Counted from the first letter of the stretch, positions 29,589 through 40,434 are shown. The stretch is DNA of 64,000 nt from Thermodesulfobacteriota bacterium (GCA_965223335.1 OZ244991.1:2592001-2656000), one strand, 5' to 3'. Notes: a model not told the origin generated them from the sequence alone. Made by a program: numbers and translations.

Positions 29589-30182
29589 CTAGACATTATT
29601 ACCCAGATATCTTTCGAGATGATCAATCCTATCGTTTCCCCAGTACATCTTATCATCCACAAAAAAAGTAGGTGCTCCAAACACTCCCCTGCTCACTGCC
29701 TCCGATGTACTCTGCCTGAGCTTGTCTTTGATTTCCTGCTCTGCAATCCTACCGAGGAACCACTCAGTATCGATACCCAGTTCCTTGAGTGCGGGGATGA
29801 ATACCTCATCCTGGTTTATGTCTTTGCCCTCCTGCCAGTAGAGGTCAAACAACCTGTGCGAATACTCAGCAATCTTATTTAGCTCGGCTGCAGCAAATGC
29901 ACCCCTCATCCCCTTTACACTGTGGAGTGGAAAGAGCTCCGGAAAGTTAAAATCAATACCGTATATTTTTGCACAGTTCGCTGTATCGGTTTTTATATAC
30001 TCAAACTTGTTATGGATCTCTATAGCCGGCACAAAACCGACTTCATTGAATACACCGCCCAGCAAAAAAGGTCGCCACTCAAGCGCTGCCCCATTGCGCT
30101 CACAGACCCCTTCTATCCTCTTTGAGGCCAAGTATGTATATGGGCTGCTAAAATCATAAAAGAATTCGACCGTTTTCGACAT
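29589..30182 (-). CDS. 2-hydroxychromene-2-carboxylate isomerase / GST-kappa (DsbA-like)
   Basis: FFYDFSSPYTY, GVFGAPTF, WGNDR. Confidence 0.9.
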   Translation of the reverse strand: MSKTVEFFYDFSSPYTYLASKRIEGVCERNGAALEWRPFLLGGVFNEVGFVPAIEIHNKFEYIKTDTANCAKIYGIDFNFPELFPLHSVKGMRGAFAAAELNKIAEYSHRLFDLYWQEGKDINQDEVFIPALKELGIDTEWFLGRIAEQEIKDKLRQSTSEAVSRGVFGAPTFFVDDKMYWGNDRIDHLERYLGNNV

Positions 30183-30438
30183 TGCTTGCTCCTTTAGGTT
30201 TGTTCAATGGATTATAAGGAATGCTATAACTTAGATCAAGTAAATGATCTCTGTCCAGAACATCAATTTTGAGCGGCACAAAACAACGGTTTCAAAATTA
30301 AGGAATAAATGATATCTTAAGTGGCAAGTCGTCTTATTAATATTGTAATTCTGAGAATTTTTACTTGTATGCTCACGCCAACTGAATATAATTAGTATGC
30401 GCACAAAATGTATTAATCATTATAATTAATCATATAAC

Positions 30439-32388
30439 ATGAGTAAACATGATTTAAACGGTCTTCATGTTACCTCATTCGAGAGCAGAAGGGCCAAGGA
30501 AATAGAAAAGCTCATCAAGTATCACGGTGGTGTACCGCGCGTGGCACCCTCGATGCGCGAGGTTCCGCTCTCTGAATCCACCGAGGCCATAGAGTTTGGG
30601 ACCAAGCTTATAGAAGGCAATATCGACATTGTGGTGTTTTTTACAGGTGTCGGCACCCGTGCACTCAGAGACGCAGTAATTACAAAGTACCCCGAGGAAG
30701 AATTCTCTGAAGCGCTTAAAAAAGTGACAATTGTTGCCAGGGGCCCAAAACCAGTCTCAGCTCTGCGAGAGATGGGGCTTAACCCGAACATAATGGTGCC
30801 CGAGCCCAACACTTGGCGCGATGTTTTAAGCGCCATAGATCTGGTCATCAACATCGAGAATAAACGAGTGGCAGTGCAAGAGTACGGCATCACCAACGAG
30901 GAGTTCCTCGAGGGACTCAAATCCCGAGGCGCCGATGTCCTACCCGTTCCGGTCTATAAATGGGAGATGCCCGAAGACCTGACACCCCTTACAGATGCCA
31001 TAGAATCCATTAGCAAAGGGAACGAAGACATAGCACTGTTTACGAGCTCTCAACAGGTTTACAACCTATTTCAAGTAGCCAAGGATCATAACATGGAAGA
31101 GGAGCTTCGAGCCGGGTTTAAAGATGTGTTGATCGGCTCAGTCGGCCCCACGACCACCGAAGCCCTATCCCGCTTTAACCTTAGCACCGATTACGAGCCC
31201 AACAGCCCAAAGATGGGGAATCTGCTGCTGGAAATTGCTCGTACCGGCCCCGGGCTGCTCAACAAAAAACGGATTGCCCATACCAATAATATCGACACCT
31301 CGAACTGGCGACGTGTGGATATGGAGTGGACCAACAACACCAAGAAGTCTAGAAAGGACATAACGAAAGACTCCGTGTTTATGAAGGCCTGCCGCAGAGA
31401 AGAGGTGCCCTACACACCTGTTTGGCTCATGCGTCAAGCAGGCAGGTACATGAGGGAGTACCGAGATATACGCTCGAGGGTGTCGTTCCTCGAGCTTTGC
31501 AAGACCCCCGAGCTCGCTGCCGAGGTCACAATAAGCGCAGCCGAGAGGATTAAAGCCGACGCAGCAATAATATTTGCCGATATCCTACTGATCCTAGAAC
31601 CACTGGGGATAGATATAGAGTTCTCAAAGGGCCAAGGCCCCAAGATCTTAAACCCCATCACGGGCACGATCGACGTCGAGAACCTGATAGAGTTCGACCC
31701 CGAGGCCCTAGATTATGTTTATAACTCATTAAGTATCACTCGCAGGGCACTAAATCCCGAGACTGCACTTATAGGTTTTGCAGGGGCACCGTTTACAATA
31801 GCATCCTATGCCATTGAGGGCGGGGGCTCGCGCAACTATGTTAATACCAAGACACTGATGTATAACGACCCGAGTGCATGGCACCAACTCATGACGAAAC
31901 TCACCGAGGCCACAGCCCAGTACCTAAACACTCAGATAAAAGCAGGCGCCGATGCTCTCCAGCTATTTGACAGTTGGGTCGGGTCCTTATCCCCCGATGA
32001 TTATCAGGAATATGTACTGCCCCATATGAAAAAACTTTTGAAAAAAATTAAAAAAGGAGTGCCCGTAATCCACTTCGGCACCGCCACGGGTTCACTCCTT
32101 GAGATGATTAAAGAGACCGGGAGCCCGGTGATAGGGCTTGACTGGCGGGTGGATCTAAAAGAGGCTTGGCAGAGAATCGGTCACGATGTCGCCGTCCAGG
32201 GCAACATAGACCCATTGGTACTCTTTTCCACACCCTCAGAGATTAGAAGCAGGGTACATTCAATACTCGACAAAGCCGAGGGTAGACCGGGCCATATTTT
32301 TAACCTCGGGCACGGTATACTGCCTAAAACCCCCGTAGAAAATGTATTTGCACTCATAGACGCTGTACACGAATTATCTGCACGTTAG
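30439..32388 (+). CDS. hemE: Fused uroporphyrinogen-III synthase-like domain + uroporphyrinogen decarboxylase
   Basis: N-terminal HemD-like (ARGPKP, PVYKW, FTS, GP); C-terminal PVWLMRQAGRY, QLFDSW, FNLGHG. Confidence 0.9.
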   Translation: MSKHDLNGLHVTSFESRRAKEIEKLIKYHGGVPRVAPSMREVPLSESTEAIEFGTKLIEGNIDIVVFFTGVGTRALRDAVITKYPEEEFSEALKKVTIVARGPKPVSALREMGLNPNIMVPEPNTWRDVLSAIDLVINIENKRVAVQEYGITNEEFLEGLKSRGADVLPVPVYKWEMPEDLTPLTDAIESISKGNEDIALFTSSQQVYNLFQVAKDHNMEEELRAGFKDVLIGSVGPTTTEALSRFNLSTDYEPNSPKMGNLLLEIARTGPGLLNKKRIAHTNNIDTSNWRRVDMEWTNNTKKSRKDITKDSVFMKACRREEVPYTPVWLMRQAGRYMREYRDIRSRVSFLELCKTPELAAEVTISAAERIKADAAIIFADILLILEPLGIDIEFSKGQGPKILNPITGTIDVENLIEFDPEALDYVYNSLSITRRALNPETALIGFAGAPFTIASYAIEGGGSRNYVNTKTLMYNDPSAWHQLMTKLTEATAQYLNTQIKAGADALQLFDSWVGSLSPDDYQEYVLPHMKKLLKKIKKGVPVIHFGTATGSLLEMIKETGSPVIGLDWRVDLKEAWQRIGHDVAVQGNIDPLVLFSTPSEIRSRVHSILDKAEGRPGHIFNLGHGILPKTPVENVFALIDAVHELSAR

Positions 32389-32423
32389 AACCACAAATCC
32401 CACTCAGTTAGAGGAGAAGAGGT

Positions 32424-33350
32424 ATGTCGACCCAATACGATGCTGTACTACTCATAGCATACGGCGGTCCTGAAACAATCGAGGACATACGCCCGTTTTT
32501 ACGTAACGTGGCCCAGGCTCGCCCCATTCCCCAGGATCGTCTAGACGAGGTTGCACACCACTACGAGATGTTCGGCGGTTCCCCTATAAACGAACTCACC
32601 TACAAACAGGCCCGGGGCCTCAAAGACAAACTCGCACAGAGCGGACACGACCTGCCCGTATATGTAGGCATGCGCAACTGGCACCCACTGTTTGCGGATG
32701 TCATAAAAGAGATGTCAGAAGCCGGGGTAAAAAAAGCGGTTGGAATGATAATGGCCGCCCACCAAAGCGATGCCAGTTGGCAGCGCTACCAACGTGAGAT
32801 TGCCGAGGCCGTTGAGGATACGGGTGTGGAGATGGAGTTTGACTACTCCCCACCCCTTTTTGAGCACCCGCTTTTTATTGAGGACTCGGCCGACCGTATC
32901 TCGGACTGTTTCGAGTACATAGACCAAAACGATCGTCCCGACACTATGATACTGTTTGCGGCACACAGCATCCCCGTGCCAATGGCCGAGAACTCACCAT
33001 ATGTAGAGCAGCTCATGACGACCTCGAGGCTCATCGCCGAGAGACTCGGACACGACAAGTGGCAGCTCGTGTACCAGAGCCGAAGCGGGCGGCCCACCGA
33101 CCCCTGGCTCGAGCCCGATATCTGCGATGTAATAGAGGAGTTGGGCAAAGAGGGTGTTAAAAACGTCATAGCACAGCCAATAGGGTTTCTATGCGACCAT
33201 ATAGAGGTCTTATTCGACATAGGTGTCGAGGCTATGGAAGCGGCAAAAGAGGCGGGAATAAATCTAAAACGCGCCAAAACGGTGAATGACGACCCCAAAT
33301 TTATTGCTGCTATGGGAGACGCTGTACTAACGATGATGGATTCTGATTAA
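32424..33350 (+). CDS. hemH: Ferrochelatase
   Basis: YGGP, GMRNWHP, AHSIP, YQSRSG, WLEPD, DHIEVLFD. Confidence 0.93.
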   Translation: MSTQYDAVLLIAYGGPETIEDIRPFLRNVAQARPIPQDRLDEVAHHYEMFGGSPINELTYKQARGLKDKLAQSGHDLPVYVGMRNWHPLFADVIKEMSEAGVKKAVGMIMAAHQSDASWQRYQREIAEAVEDTGVEMEFDYSPPLFEHPLFIEDSADRISDCFEYIDQNDRPDTMILFAAHSIPVPMAENSPYVEQLMTTSRLIAERLGHDKWQLVYQSRSGRPTDPWLEPDICDVIEELGKEGVKNVIAQPIGFLCDHIEVLFDIGVEAMEAAKEAGINLKRAKTVNDDPKFIAAMGDAVLTMMDSD

Positions 33351-33379
33351 TTCACCGACTGAGATCTTGGATTCGCAAG

Positions 33380-33850
33380 ATGCCGGCATACGAGTTCACC
33401 ACAGTCTGGAAGACCGAGGCCCCGATCGAGCAGGTTTGGGAGCGGATTTACCACTCGGAGCGCTGGCCCAAGTGGTGGAGAGGGGTGCTCAGCGTAGAGG
33501 AACTTAAGGAGGGTGACGACCTTGGTGTCGGCAGCATAAAACGCTATGCGTGGAGGGGTATCTTACCCTATACACTCGTGTTTGATGTGGAAACAGTAGA
33601 AGTCCTGCCCCACAAAAAAATCGTAGGTAATGCGCTCGGTGACCTCGAGGGCCGGGGAGTATTTACGCTAAACGATGACAACGGGGTTGTAATCATGCGT
33701 TATGACTGGGGTGTGGACACAAACAAGAATTGGATGAACCTCATGGCCCCGCTCGCTCGTCCCCTATTCAAATGGAACCACGATGTCATAATGCGCTCGG
33801 GTGCTGAGGGGCTCTCAAAAGTGCTTGACAGGGATGTATTTGAACTATAG
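33380..33850 (+). CDS. SRPBCC/polyketide cyclase family protein
   Basis: WPKWW, GDLEGRG, FKWNHD. Confidence 0.85.
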   Translation: MPAYEFTTVWKTEAPIEQVWERIYHSERWPKWWRGVLSVEELKEGDDLGVGSIKRYAWRGILPYTLVFDVETVEVLPHKKIVGNALGDLEGRGVFTLNDDNGVVIMRYDWGVDTNKNWMNLMAPLARPLFKWNHDVIMRSGAEGLSKVLDRDVFEL

Positions 33851-33880
33851 AGCAACTATAGTATACTCACCAACCTTGTT

Positions 33881-34315
33881 ATGCCTTGGTTCCAAACAGA
33901 GATCACACTTTCCGCAAAACCGCGGGGTTTCCACCTGGTCACGAGGGAAATAATCTCCCAGCTGCCTGAAATCGCAGACATTGAGACAGGTATTTTGCAC
34001 GTCTTCATATGCCACACCTCGGCATCACTCACTCTAAACGAAAACGCGTCACCCGATGTGCTTAGGGACTTCGAGAGCCATTTCAACAACTATGTGCCCG
34101 AGAACGCACCCTATTATACTCACACCATTGAGGGCCCTGACGACATGCCCGCACATATAAAGGCATCTATGATGGGCAGCTCCCTCTCACTACCTATCAC
34201 CAACGGTGCTCTCAACATTGGTATTTGGCAAGGCATTTACCTATGCGAGCACAGAAATAACGGCGGGGCCAGGAACTTGATCATCACGATCTTCGGTCAA
34301 AATAACACCGCTTAA
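33881..34315 (+). CDS. yjbQ: YjbQ/UPF0047 family protein
   Basis: HTSASLTLNENA, EGPDDMPAHIK, WQGIYLCEHR. Confidence 0.92.
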   Translation: MPWFQTEITLSAKPRGFHLVTREIISQLPEIADIETGILHVFICHTSASLTLNENASPDVLRDFESHFNNYVPENAPYYTHTIEGPDDMPAHIKASMMGSSLSLPITNGALNIGIWQGIYLCEHRNNGGARNLIITIFGQNNTA

Positions 34316-34406
34316 TACACTCATTCAATACCAAAACTATTTGTTTAATATTTAATATTCCCCTATAATAAGATTAGAATTCATCAAATGATAACGGCTG
34401 AACCTT

Positions 34407-34844
34407 ATGTCGATAGATACAAGGTCAAACCGGGGCCTAGAGGATGTAGACAGCTTTATTGCGAGCCTTCCCCAAAAGGCCGATAATTTTGTTGCTTTCT
34501 GCCATGATATTGCCGACATTGATCTTGATTACACACCCGAATCAATATTCAATCTAGACAGCCTTATCTCTCAGCTATGGTCAAGCGAACCACCCTATTG
34601 GGAAGAGGGTATAGTACTTTTGGTGGGGGCCTACATGGGTGAAACAATTAGAAAAACTCATGGAGGGACTTGGCAATATAATGAAGGAGACGGCATTACC
34701 CTGTCAACGATAAATAATACCAACTATAGCTTCTCTCCGTTTGACAAAATCAGAGACCGGTTGAATATCCAGGACCCCAAACTGCTAAACAGCTACTATC
34801 GCGAATTGCTTAGGATCTTAGAGCTCGAGAACAAATTAAAATAA
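34407..34844 (+). CDS. Hypothetical protein (LDYxPES...GAYxGE...GGxW pattern)
   Basis: 145-aa ORF; family named from pattern only. Confidence 0.65.
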   Translation: MSIDTRSNRGLEDVDSFIASLPQKADNFVAFCHDIADIDLDYTPESIFNLDSLISQLWSSEPPYWEEGIVLLVGAYMGETIRKTHGGTWQYNEGDGITLSTINNTNYSFSPFDKIRDRLNIQDPKLLNSYYRELLRILELENKLK

Positions 34845-34861
34845 CAACCTGCTAGATTAAT

Positions 34862-35212
34862 TTATGCGGAATGCACATCATTTAATATGTCTTCCAGCCT
34901 TGGCAGCACCACTGCCAGGTCTTCCGTGATAAATCTCCACACATCAGTCAAATCGATCTCTTGAATATTATTTGTTATATCATCCTTTAATCTCTCGAAT
35001 TTATCCCAATCCACATCATCATACTTCTCTTTTACCTCTGGTGTGATCTGACTGCACGACTCGCCTATTACCAATATATTCCAGAGCACCGCATCCACAA
35101 GTATCTCGTTCCTCGCAAACCTCTCGAATACAAGGGTCTCTATATACTGAGAGATCATATCCATCGACCTATGTATTTTTCGGATCAGAACGACCGGCGG
35201 CAGTTCACTCAT
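34862..35212 (-). CDS. DUF86/HepT-like HEPN protein, catalytic motif degenerate
   Basis: DAVLWNILVIGE, V-D-W, D..W..I..DL..L; RxxxxHxY replaced by KDDITNNI. Confidence 0.75.
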   Translation of the reverse strand: MSELPPVVLIRKIHRSMDMISQYIETLVFERFARNEILVDAVLWNILVIGESCSQITPEVKEKYDDVDWDKFERLKDDITNNIQEIDLTDVWRFITEDLAVVLPRLEDILNDVHSA

Positions 35213-35399
35213 CTCTTAAAAACTCCTTATGTTAAAAACAACAAATACACCTACCCCAGGTACAATTCCCATAGCTAGACTGTCTATATCATCCCATATA
35301 TACCGCCCCTTAGCTAGCGAGAATTAAATTATTTTTATTCCCCCCGCTCTATATGTACACTTTAATTAATCAACGGCATATAAACTTGGAGCTCACACA

Positions 35400-36242
35400 A
35401 TGCAATTAACTACAATCAGATCGATTATTGTTTTGGCACTAACTTGGGCTGTTTTAGGGTGTGTATCCTCCGCTGCTAACCCGAGCTGCCCATCATGCAA
35501 TAAAGAGTCTATAAAATTAGGTAAATGGAGCGAGTCCGAGCTCAATTCCGTGATATACGATTCATCCAAACTCGACTCCGAGGCAGCCAAGATCCGCTAC
35601 CTGTCTAACCAATTGCTGGACACTCCTTATCTAGAACACACTCTCATAGGCAGTGCGGATACACCCGAGGTCTTCACCATAAACCTAGAGGGCATGGACT
35701 GTTTCACATATCTCGACTATGTAGAATCCATGAGGCTATCAAGCTCCTTCCCCGAATCAAAACAGGTGCTGAAAAAGATTCGGTATCGTGACGGGAAAGT
35801 TGAGTTCACTAAACGCAATCATTTTTTTACAGACTGGGCAGTGTATAACTCCGACAAGGTCATAGATATTACAAGCAATATAAGCAGCAAGAATGCAGTT
35901 AGGGTCAAAAAAAATCTCAACCGTAAAGCCGACGGCACAGTATATCTGCCGGGGATACCGGTAGAGGCAAGAGAGATATCATACGTCCCGACCTCAGCAA
36001 TCGATGCTGAATTATTAAAAAGCTTAAAGACCGGTGACTATGTCGGTATCTATACGGATCTTCAGGGCCTAGACGTAAGCCATACAGGGATCATAGTTAA
36101 AAAAAATGACGAGATCTTTATACGCCACGCATCATCACGCAAGATCAACAGACGTGTTGTAGATGAAAATTTCGAGAACTACATTCAAAACAAACCGGGT
36201 TTCATTGTATTGAGACCAATCGGTACATCCAACAAACGATGA
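35400..36242 (+). CDS. DUF1460 (NlpC/P60-like amidase) exported protein
   Basis: DCFTYLDYVE, RNHFFTDW, LDVSHTG, HASS. Confidence 0.88.
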   Translation: MQLTTIRSIIVLALTWAVLGCVSSAANPSCPSCNKESIKLGKWSESELNSVIYDSSKLDSEAAKIRYLSNQLLDTPYLEHTLIGSADTPEVFTINLEGMDCFTYLDYVESMRLSSSFPESKQVLKKIRYRDGKVEFTKRNHFFTDWAVYNSDKVIDITSNISSKNAVRVKKNLNRKADGTVYLPGIPVEAREISYVPTSAIDAELLKSLKTGDYVGIYTDLQGLDVSHTGIIVKKNDEIFIRHASSRKINRRVVDENFENYIQNKPGFIVLRPIGTSNKR

Positions 36243-36254
36243 GGAGACTCGGCA

Positions 36255-36929
36255 GTGACTCCTGAGGATTATGTTTTAGAGGCAACAGACCACTATTACA
36301 GGGGCGATTACAAAAGCGCTATAGGCTCATTGGATAAGGCGATAGAGCTAAAACCCGACTTTGCCCAAGCATGGTATAACCGTGGGCTCACACTCTCGGT
36401 GCTCGGGCAATACGAGGACGAGATCAAGTCATATGACCGCGCAATAGAGCTTAAGCCCGATTACGCAGAGGCATGGAACAACAAAGCATCTGCTCTCGGG
36501 AAACTGGCGAAATACAGCGATTCACTCGATGCCTCGGAAAAAGCCATAGAGCTAAGGCCCTCTTTTCCCATAGCATGGTGTAACAAAGGTGCCGCACTAA
36601 GTGCAATGGAACGCGATAAAGAAGCTGTGACAGCATACGATCGCGCAATTGAGCTTGAGCCCTCTTACCTCGAGGCCTGGTACAATAAAGCACTCTCCTT
36701 ACATAACCTAGACAAACCCAATAGCGCTCTAAAAGCTTACTCGAAAGCCATCGAGCTTAACCCCGAGTTCCCCGAAGCCTACTACAACAGGGCATGCCTT
36801 AGGCTCGCAATGAACGACTCCACAAACGCGCTTGTAGACATCCAAAGAGCCATCGAACTCGACCCCGCCTACAAAGACCGTGCCCTTACGGATGAAGCCT
36901 TGTCGCAACTCACCGATGCAATTGGATGA
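36255..36929 (+). CDS. Tetratricopeptide repeat protein
   Basis: About six 34-aa repeats (AIELxPx..AWxNxG). Confidence 0.92.
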   Translation: MTPEDYVLEATDHYYRGDYKSAIGSLDKAIELKPDFAQAWYNRGLTLSVLGQYEDEIKSYDRAIELKPDYAEAWNNKASALGKLAKYSDSLDASEKAIELRPSFPIAWCNKGAALSAMERDKEAVTAYDRAIELEPSYLEAWYNKALSLHNLDKPNSALKAYSKAIELNPEFPEAYYNRACLRLAMNDSTNALVDIQRAIELDPAYKDRALTDEALSQLTDAIG

Positions 36930-36995
36930 TTTAATCCTACTCTCATAAGCACAGCTCATACAGGATTGCTCCTTTGGATGTTAGAATATTTATAG

Positions 36996-38591
36996 ATGGA
37001 TACGTTCTATCTTGTAATTCAGCTTGCCGGGGGGATCGGTATCTTCCTCCTTGGCATGATAGTCCTAACAGAGGGACTACGCTCACTAGCGGGCAATACC
37101 ATCCGCTCCACACTCATGCGGTTTACCAAAAGCCCCGCAACAGGGGCTGTGACCGGGGCTGTGAGCACGGCCATACTGCAATCCTCGAGCGCTACCACTG
37201 TAACTGCAGTGGGTTTCGTAAGTGCCCAGCTTATGACATTCCCCGAAGCACTCGGGATCATATTCGGCGCAAATATCGGTACTACGTTTAAAGGCTGGGT
37301 AATAGCGATCCTGGGGTTTAAGCTCAATCTAGGCAGCATCTTCCTCCCCATAGTGTTTATAGGTGCAATCCTACGACTGTTTACCAAGGGCAAGCTCGCC
37401 ACTGTGGGATACACGATTGCAGGGTTCGGTCTAATATTTATCGGGATTGCCTACATGCAGGAGTCCATGAGTGCCATGCAGGGGGTAATCTCATTTGATA
37501 ACCTCCCGGCAGACACAATTACAGGCCGTGTGCTTTTGCTGGGTATGGGTATTCTATTTACTGTAATAACCCAGTCCTCAAGTGCCGGGGTCGTGGCGGC
37601 TCTGACAGCACTCTATGCCGACTTAATCAATTTCAACCAGGCCGCCACACTCGTGATCGGCATGGATATCGGCACCACTATGACAGCAGCCATGGCCACA
37701 ATCGGCGGCTCGACGGGGGCAAAACGAACCGGGTTCTCGCATGTCGTATACAACCTCTTGACGGCAATGCTAGCGCTCCTGCTTGTAAGTCCTTACGCAA
37801 GACTGTGGGAGGCCATCTCTCCCGGTTCTCTGATAAATAACGCCGAGATCGCTTTGGTAGCTTTCCACACTATGTTCAACACATTGGGTGTGATCCTGAT
37901 AATCCCGTTTGCCAAGCAGTTCGCCAACATGATGATGTGGCTTATCCCTGACAAGGTCTCGGTCTACACTGAGAAACTGGACGAATCATTACTCGAAGAC
38001 CCCGATCTCGCACTCACCGCAGCGCAAACCACCATTAAAAAAATCTCCCTTGCGCTCTTTTCACATGTGAGTGCGATTCTAGGTGATAACCTCAACGGCC
38101 ACAGAGTCGACCTTGAAGAGCTCCAAGAGGCTCTAAACGACACTCAGTCCTTTGTGGACCGCATCCATTTGGACTCCGAGGACGGGGCTAAATGGGAGCG
38201 TCTGGTGCAATTAATCCACACGCTTGACCACCTACAGAGGCTTCACGAACGCTGCGAGGAGGACGAGGATCGGGCCATGACCGTCACAGGCAGGGCCGGC
38301 CTCCTGTCCGAGCGCGATCTGCTTGTGGAAACAGTTAAAAAAGTGACCTCAAGCATCATTGACAGCAACTGGCCCAAGGCCGCAGCCGATTCCCAACACA
38401 CATCCTCGCAACTTCACAAAAGAGTAAAACCCTACCGCAGCGAAGTCATGTCCAGCATCGCAAGCGGAGAGATTGATGTGAACACCGGCACCCAGCGTCT
38501 AGAGGCCATCAGGTGGCTAAGACGCGTGGGAAAACACATTGCCCGGATCACCATGCATTTCGAAAAATCAATATTAGCCGCCGGCACATAA
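36996..38591 (+). CDS. Na/Pi cotransporter family protein
   Basis: Two QSSS motifs, GANIGTT / GMDIGTT, helical C-terminus. Confidence 0.92.
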   Translation: MDTFYLVIQLAGGIGIFLLGMIVLTEGLRSLAGNTIRSTLMRFTKSPATGAVTGAVSTAILQSSSATTVTAVGFVSAQLMTFPEALGIIFGANIGTTFKGWVIAILGFKLNLGSIFLPIVFIGAILRLFTKGKLATVGYTIAGFGLIFIGIAYMQESMSAMQGVISFDNLPADTITGRVLLLGMGILFTVITQSSSAGVVAALTALYADLINFNQAATLVIGMDIGTTMTAAMATIGGSTGAKRTGFSHVVYNLLTAMLALLLVSPYARLWEAISPGSLINNAEIALVAFHTMFNTLGVILIIPFAKQFANMMMWLIPDKVSVYTEKLDESLLEDPDLALTAAQTTIKKISLALFSHVSAILGDNLNGHRVDLEELQEALNDTQSFVDRIHLDSEDGAKWERLVQLIHTLDHLQRLHERCEEDEDRAMTVTGRAGLLSERDLLVETVKKVTSSIIDSNWPKAAADSQHTSSQLHKRVKPYRSEVMSSIASGEIDVNTGTQRLEAIRWLRRVGKHIARITMHFEKSILAAGT

Positions 38592-38936
38592 AACCTAGCT
38601 TTTTATCACACGGTTCCCCCTCCTCTCTGACCATATATTATTGCGCTAAGTCCGGATTTGTTCGAAGACGTTTTGTATATAGTAGTGGGTCTATACATGA
38701 AATATACAACCAGCGTATTCGATCTGTCTTTGATCAAGGGCAACCCGCCGCCGCAATTGAAGACAGGTGGACTTTTCATTGACAGCTCATGCAGTTCCGA
38801 TGCTTAGGGATTTTGATTATAAACTCTTTAGAGTCTAATAGCATAGCGCCACCTCTACCCCAACAATTCCTATTAATTTCAGCAATATAATGTTAATCTA
38901 ATCCTTCCTGCTTATCATATAAGACGGAGGCAAAAC

Positions 38937-39371
38937 ATGGGACTTAGTGTAAAAGAATTAACAAACCTTACCAAAGAAACCACCAAGGCAAGACATAGCG
39001 CAGACAACCTGCTCGACTTTGCCGACCTAATTAACAACGACATAGAAAGCTTGGGCGAGGGCCTTGTAGCCGACATCGAAAAAATCAAGGAGCTCGCCGA
39101 CCAAGCCGGAAAACATGTTGATAACATTCGCAATCTGATCGAAGACGAGTTAAACAAAATTCCGACCGACGAAGAAGAGGTTAAAGATGCCGCAAACCGC
39201 CTTCTTTTATACCACGGCGATATTCACCAGGTCATATCCTGGGCAGACACTCAGAAGTCGAACCACAGAGAAAATTCATACTGGTGGCGCTACTGGACCG
39301 GGGTACTCGAACAGATCATGCAGATCGAAGTTGAGAAACGAGAGCAAGCATCCCAGCAGCCCGCCGAGTAA
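38937..39371 (+). CDS. Hypothetical coiled-coil protein
   Basis: RBS GGAGG; 144 aa. Confidence 0.7.
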   Translation: MGLSVKELTNLTKETTKARHSADNLLDFADLINNDIESLGEGLVADIEKIKELADQAGKHVDNIRNLIEDELNKIPTDEEEVKDAANRLLLYHGDIHQVISWADTQKSNHRENSYWWRYWTGVLEQIMQIEVEKREQASQQPAE

Positions 39372-39403
39372 TTTTTCAAGAATTTTCATGGAAATAGATC
39401 CTA

Positions 39404-40315
39404 TTACCGCTTATACCTAGAGAGTATTTCGTTGCCCAATACTCGGATAATCTCGAATATTTCCTCTATGCTATCCACCTGGGGGTCAAATACTAGGTGT
39501 GTAACACCTATGTTTTTGTAGTCCTCCACATAGCCGGCTATGGTCTCGATGTCCCCCATAAATGTAAACAAACTCTGCCCATTTATCTCATCCGGTTCCG
39601 GCACGTCTTTAGGATCATTGTATATCCTCACTCTGTTTCTCGTAGAATAAACAAAGCCCTCCATGTCCCTGCCCCGCTCGCGGGCCAATCTTTCTAAATT
39701 GCGTATACCCTCTTGCATGTCCCGGGGACTAATGCCGGTGGGCTGCCAGCCATCTCCATGTACCGCTGCCCTCTCCACTGCCTTATCACTCCCCCCGCCG
39801 ATCCATATTGGCAGTTCCGTTTGCTCGGGTTTCGGCAAAAAGCTTATGTTATCAAACCCGACGTACTGCCCGTTGAAACTCGGCCGGTCATTTTCCCAAA
39901 GCTCCCTAATGGCTTCTATATATTCGTCTGTCCTCTTACCCCTTTCTCCAAATGGCACGCCTAGGGCCGAAAACTCTTCGCGCATCCAGCCCGGCCCCAC
40001 TCCGAATATCACCCTACCCCCCGACAACACATCGAGCGTGGCCGCCATCTTGGCCACCACCACTGGGTTTCTATACGGGAGAATAATCAAACTGGTCCCA
40101 AGCCTTATCTTTTCTGTATTTGCCGCAATTCCCGAGAGAAGCACAAATGGATCGTAAAAAACCTCGCTGAATGTCCCGGCATGTTTGCTCGGAACCACCA
40201 CGTGGTCACTCACCCATATGGAATCAAAACCCGACTGCTCAGCCCTCCTGGCAATCTCGAGATTATCTTGTATAGAAACACTCAACCTTATCGGGATGCA
40301 AAAACCGAATTTCAT
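39404..40315 (-). CDS. LLM class, probable F420-dependent oxidoreductase
   Basis: GFDSIWVSDH, LDVLSGGR, GWMREEF, PIWIGG; start MKFGF. Confidence 0.88.
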   Translation of the reverse strand: MKFGFCIPIRLSVSIQDNLEIARRAEQSGFDSIWVSDHVVVPSKHAGTFSEVFYDPFVLLSGIAANTEKIRLGTSLIILPYRNPVVVAKMAATLDVLSGGRVIFGVGPGWMREEFSALGVPFGERGKRTDEYIEAIRELWENDRPSFNGQYVGFDNISFLPKPEQTELPIWIGGGSDKAVERAAVHGDGWQPTGISPRDMQEGIRNLERLARERGRDMEGFVYSTRNRVRIYNDPKDVPEPDEINGQSLFTFMGDIETIAGYVEDYKNIGVTHLVFDPQVDSIEEIFEIIRVLGNEILSRYKR

Positions 40316-40434
40316 TACACACACCTCTATGTGATCGGCATTAAAGCATAGCAAAAATGAAACTACTCGCAAGGACTACGGATACTCGAATTATAGGCTA
40401 AATAAATTCCTATAAGGTTTGGGGAGCTCAATGA

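Noticed and set aside
36255..36929. ~102-bp periodic DNA repeats
   Set aside because: Explained by TPR coding repeats; not a CRISPR array.
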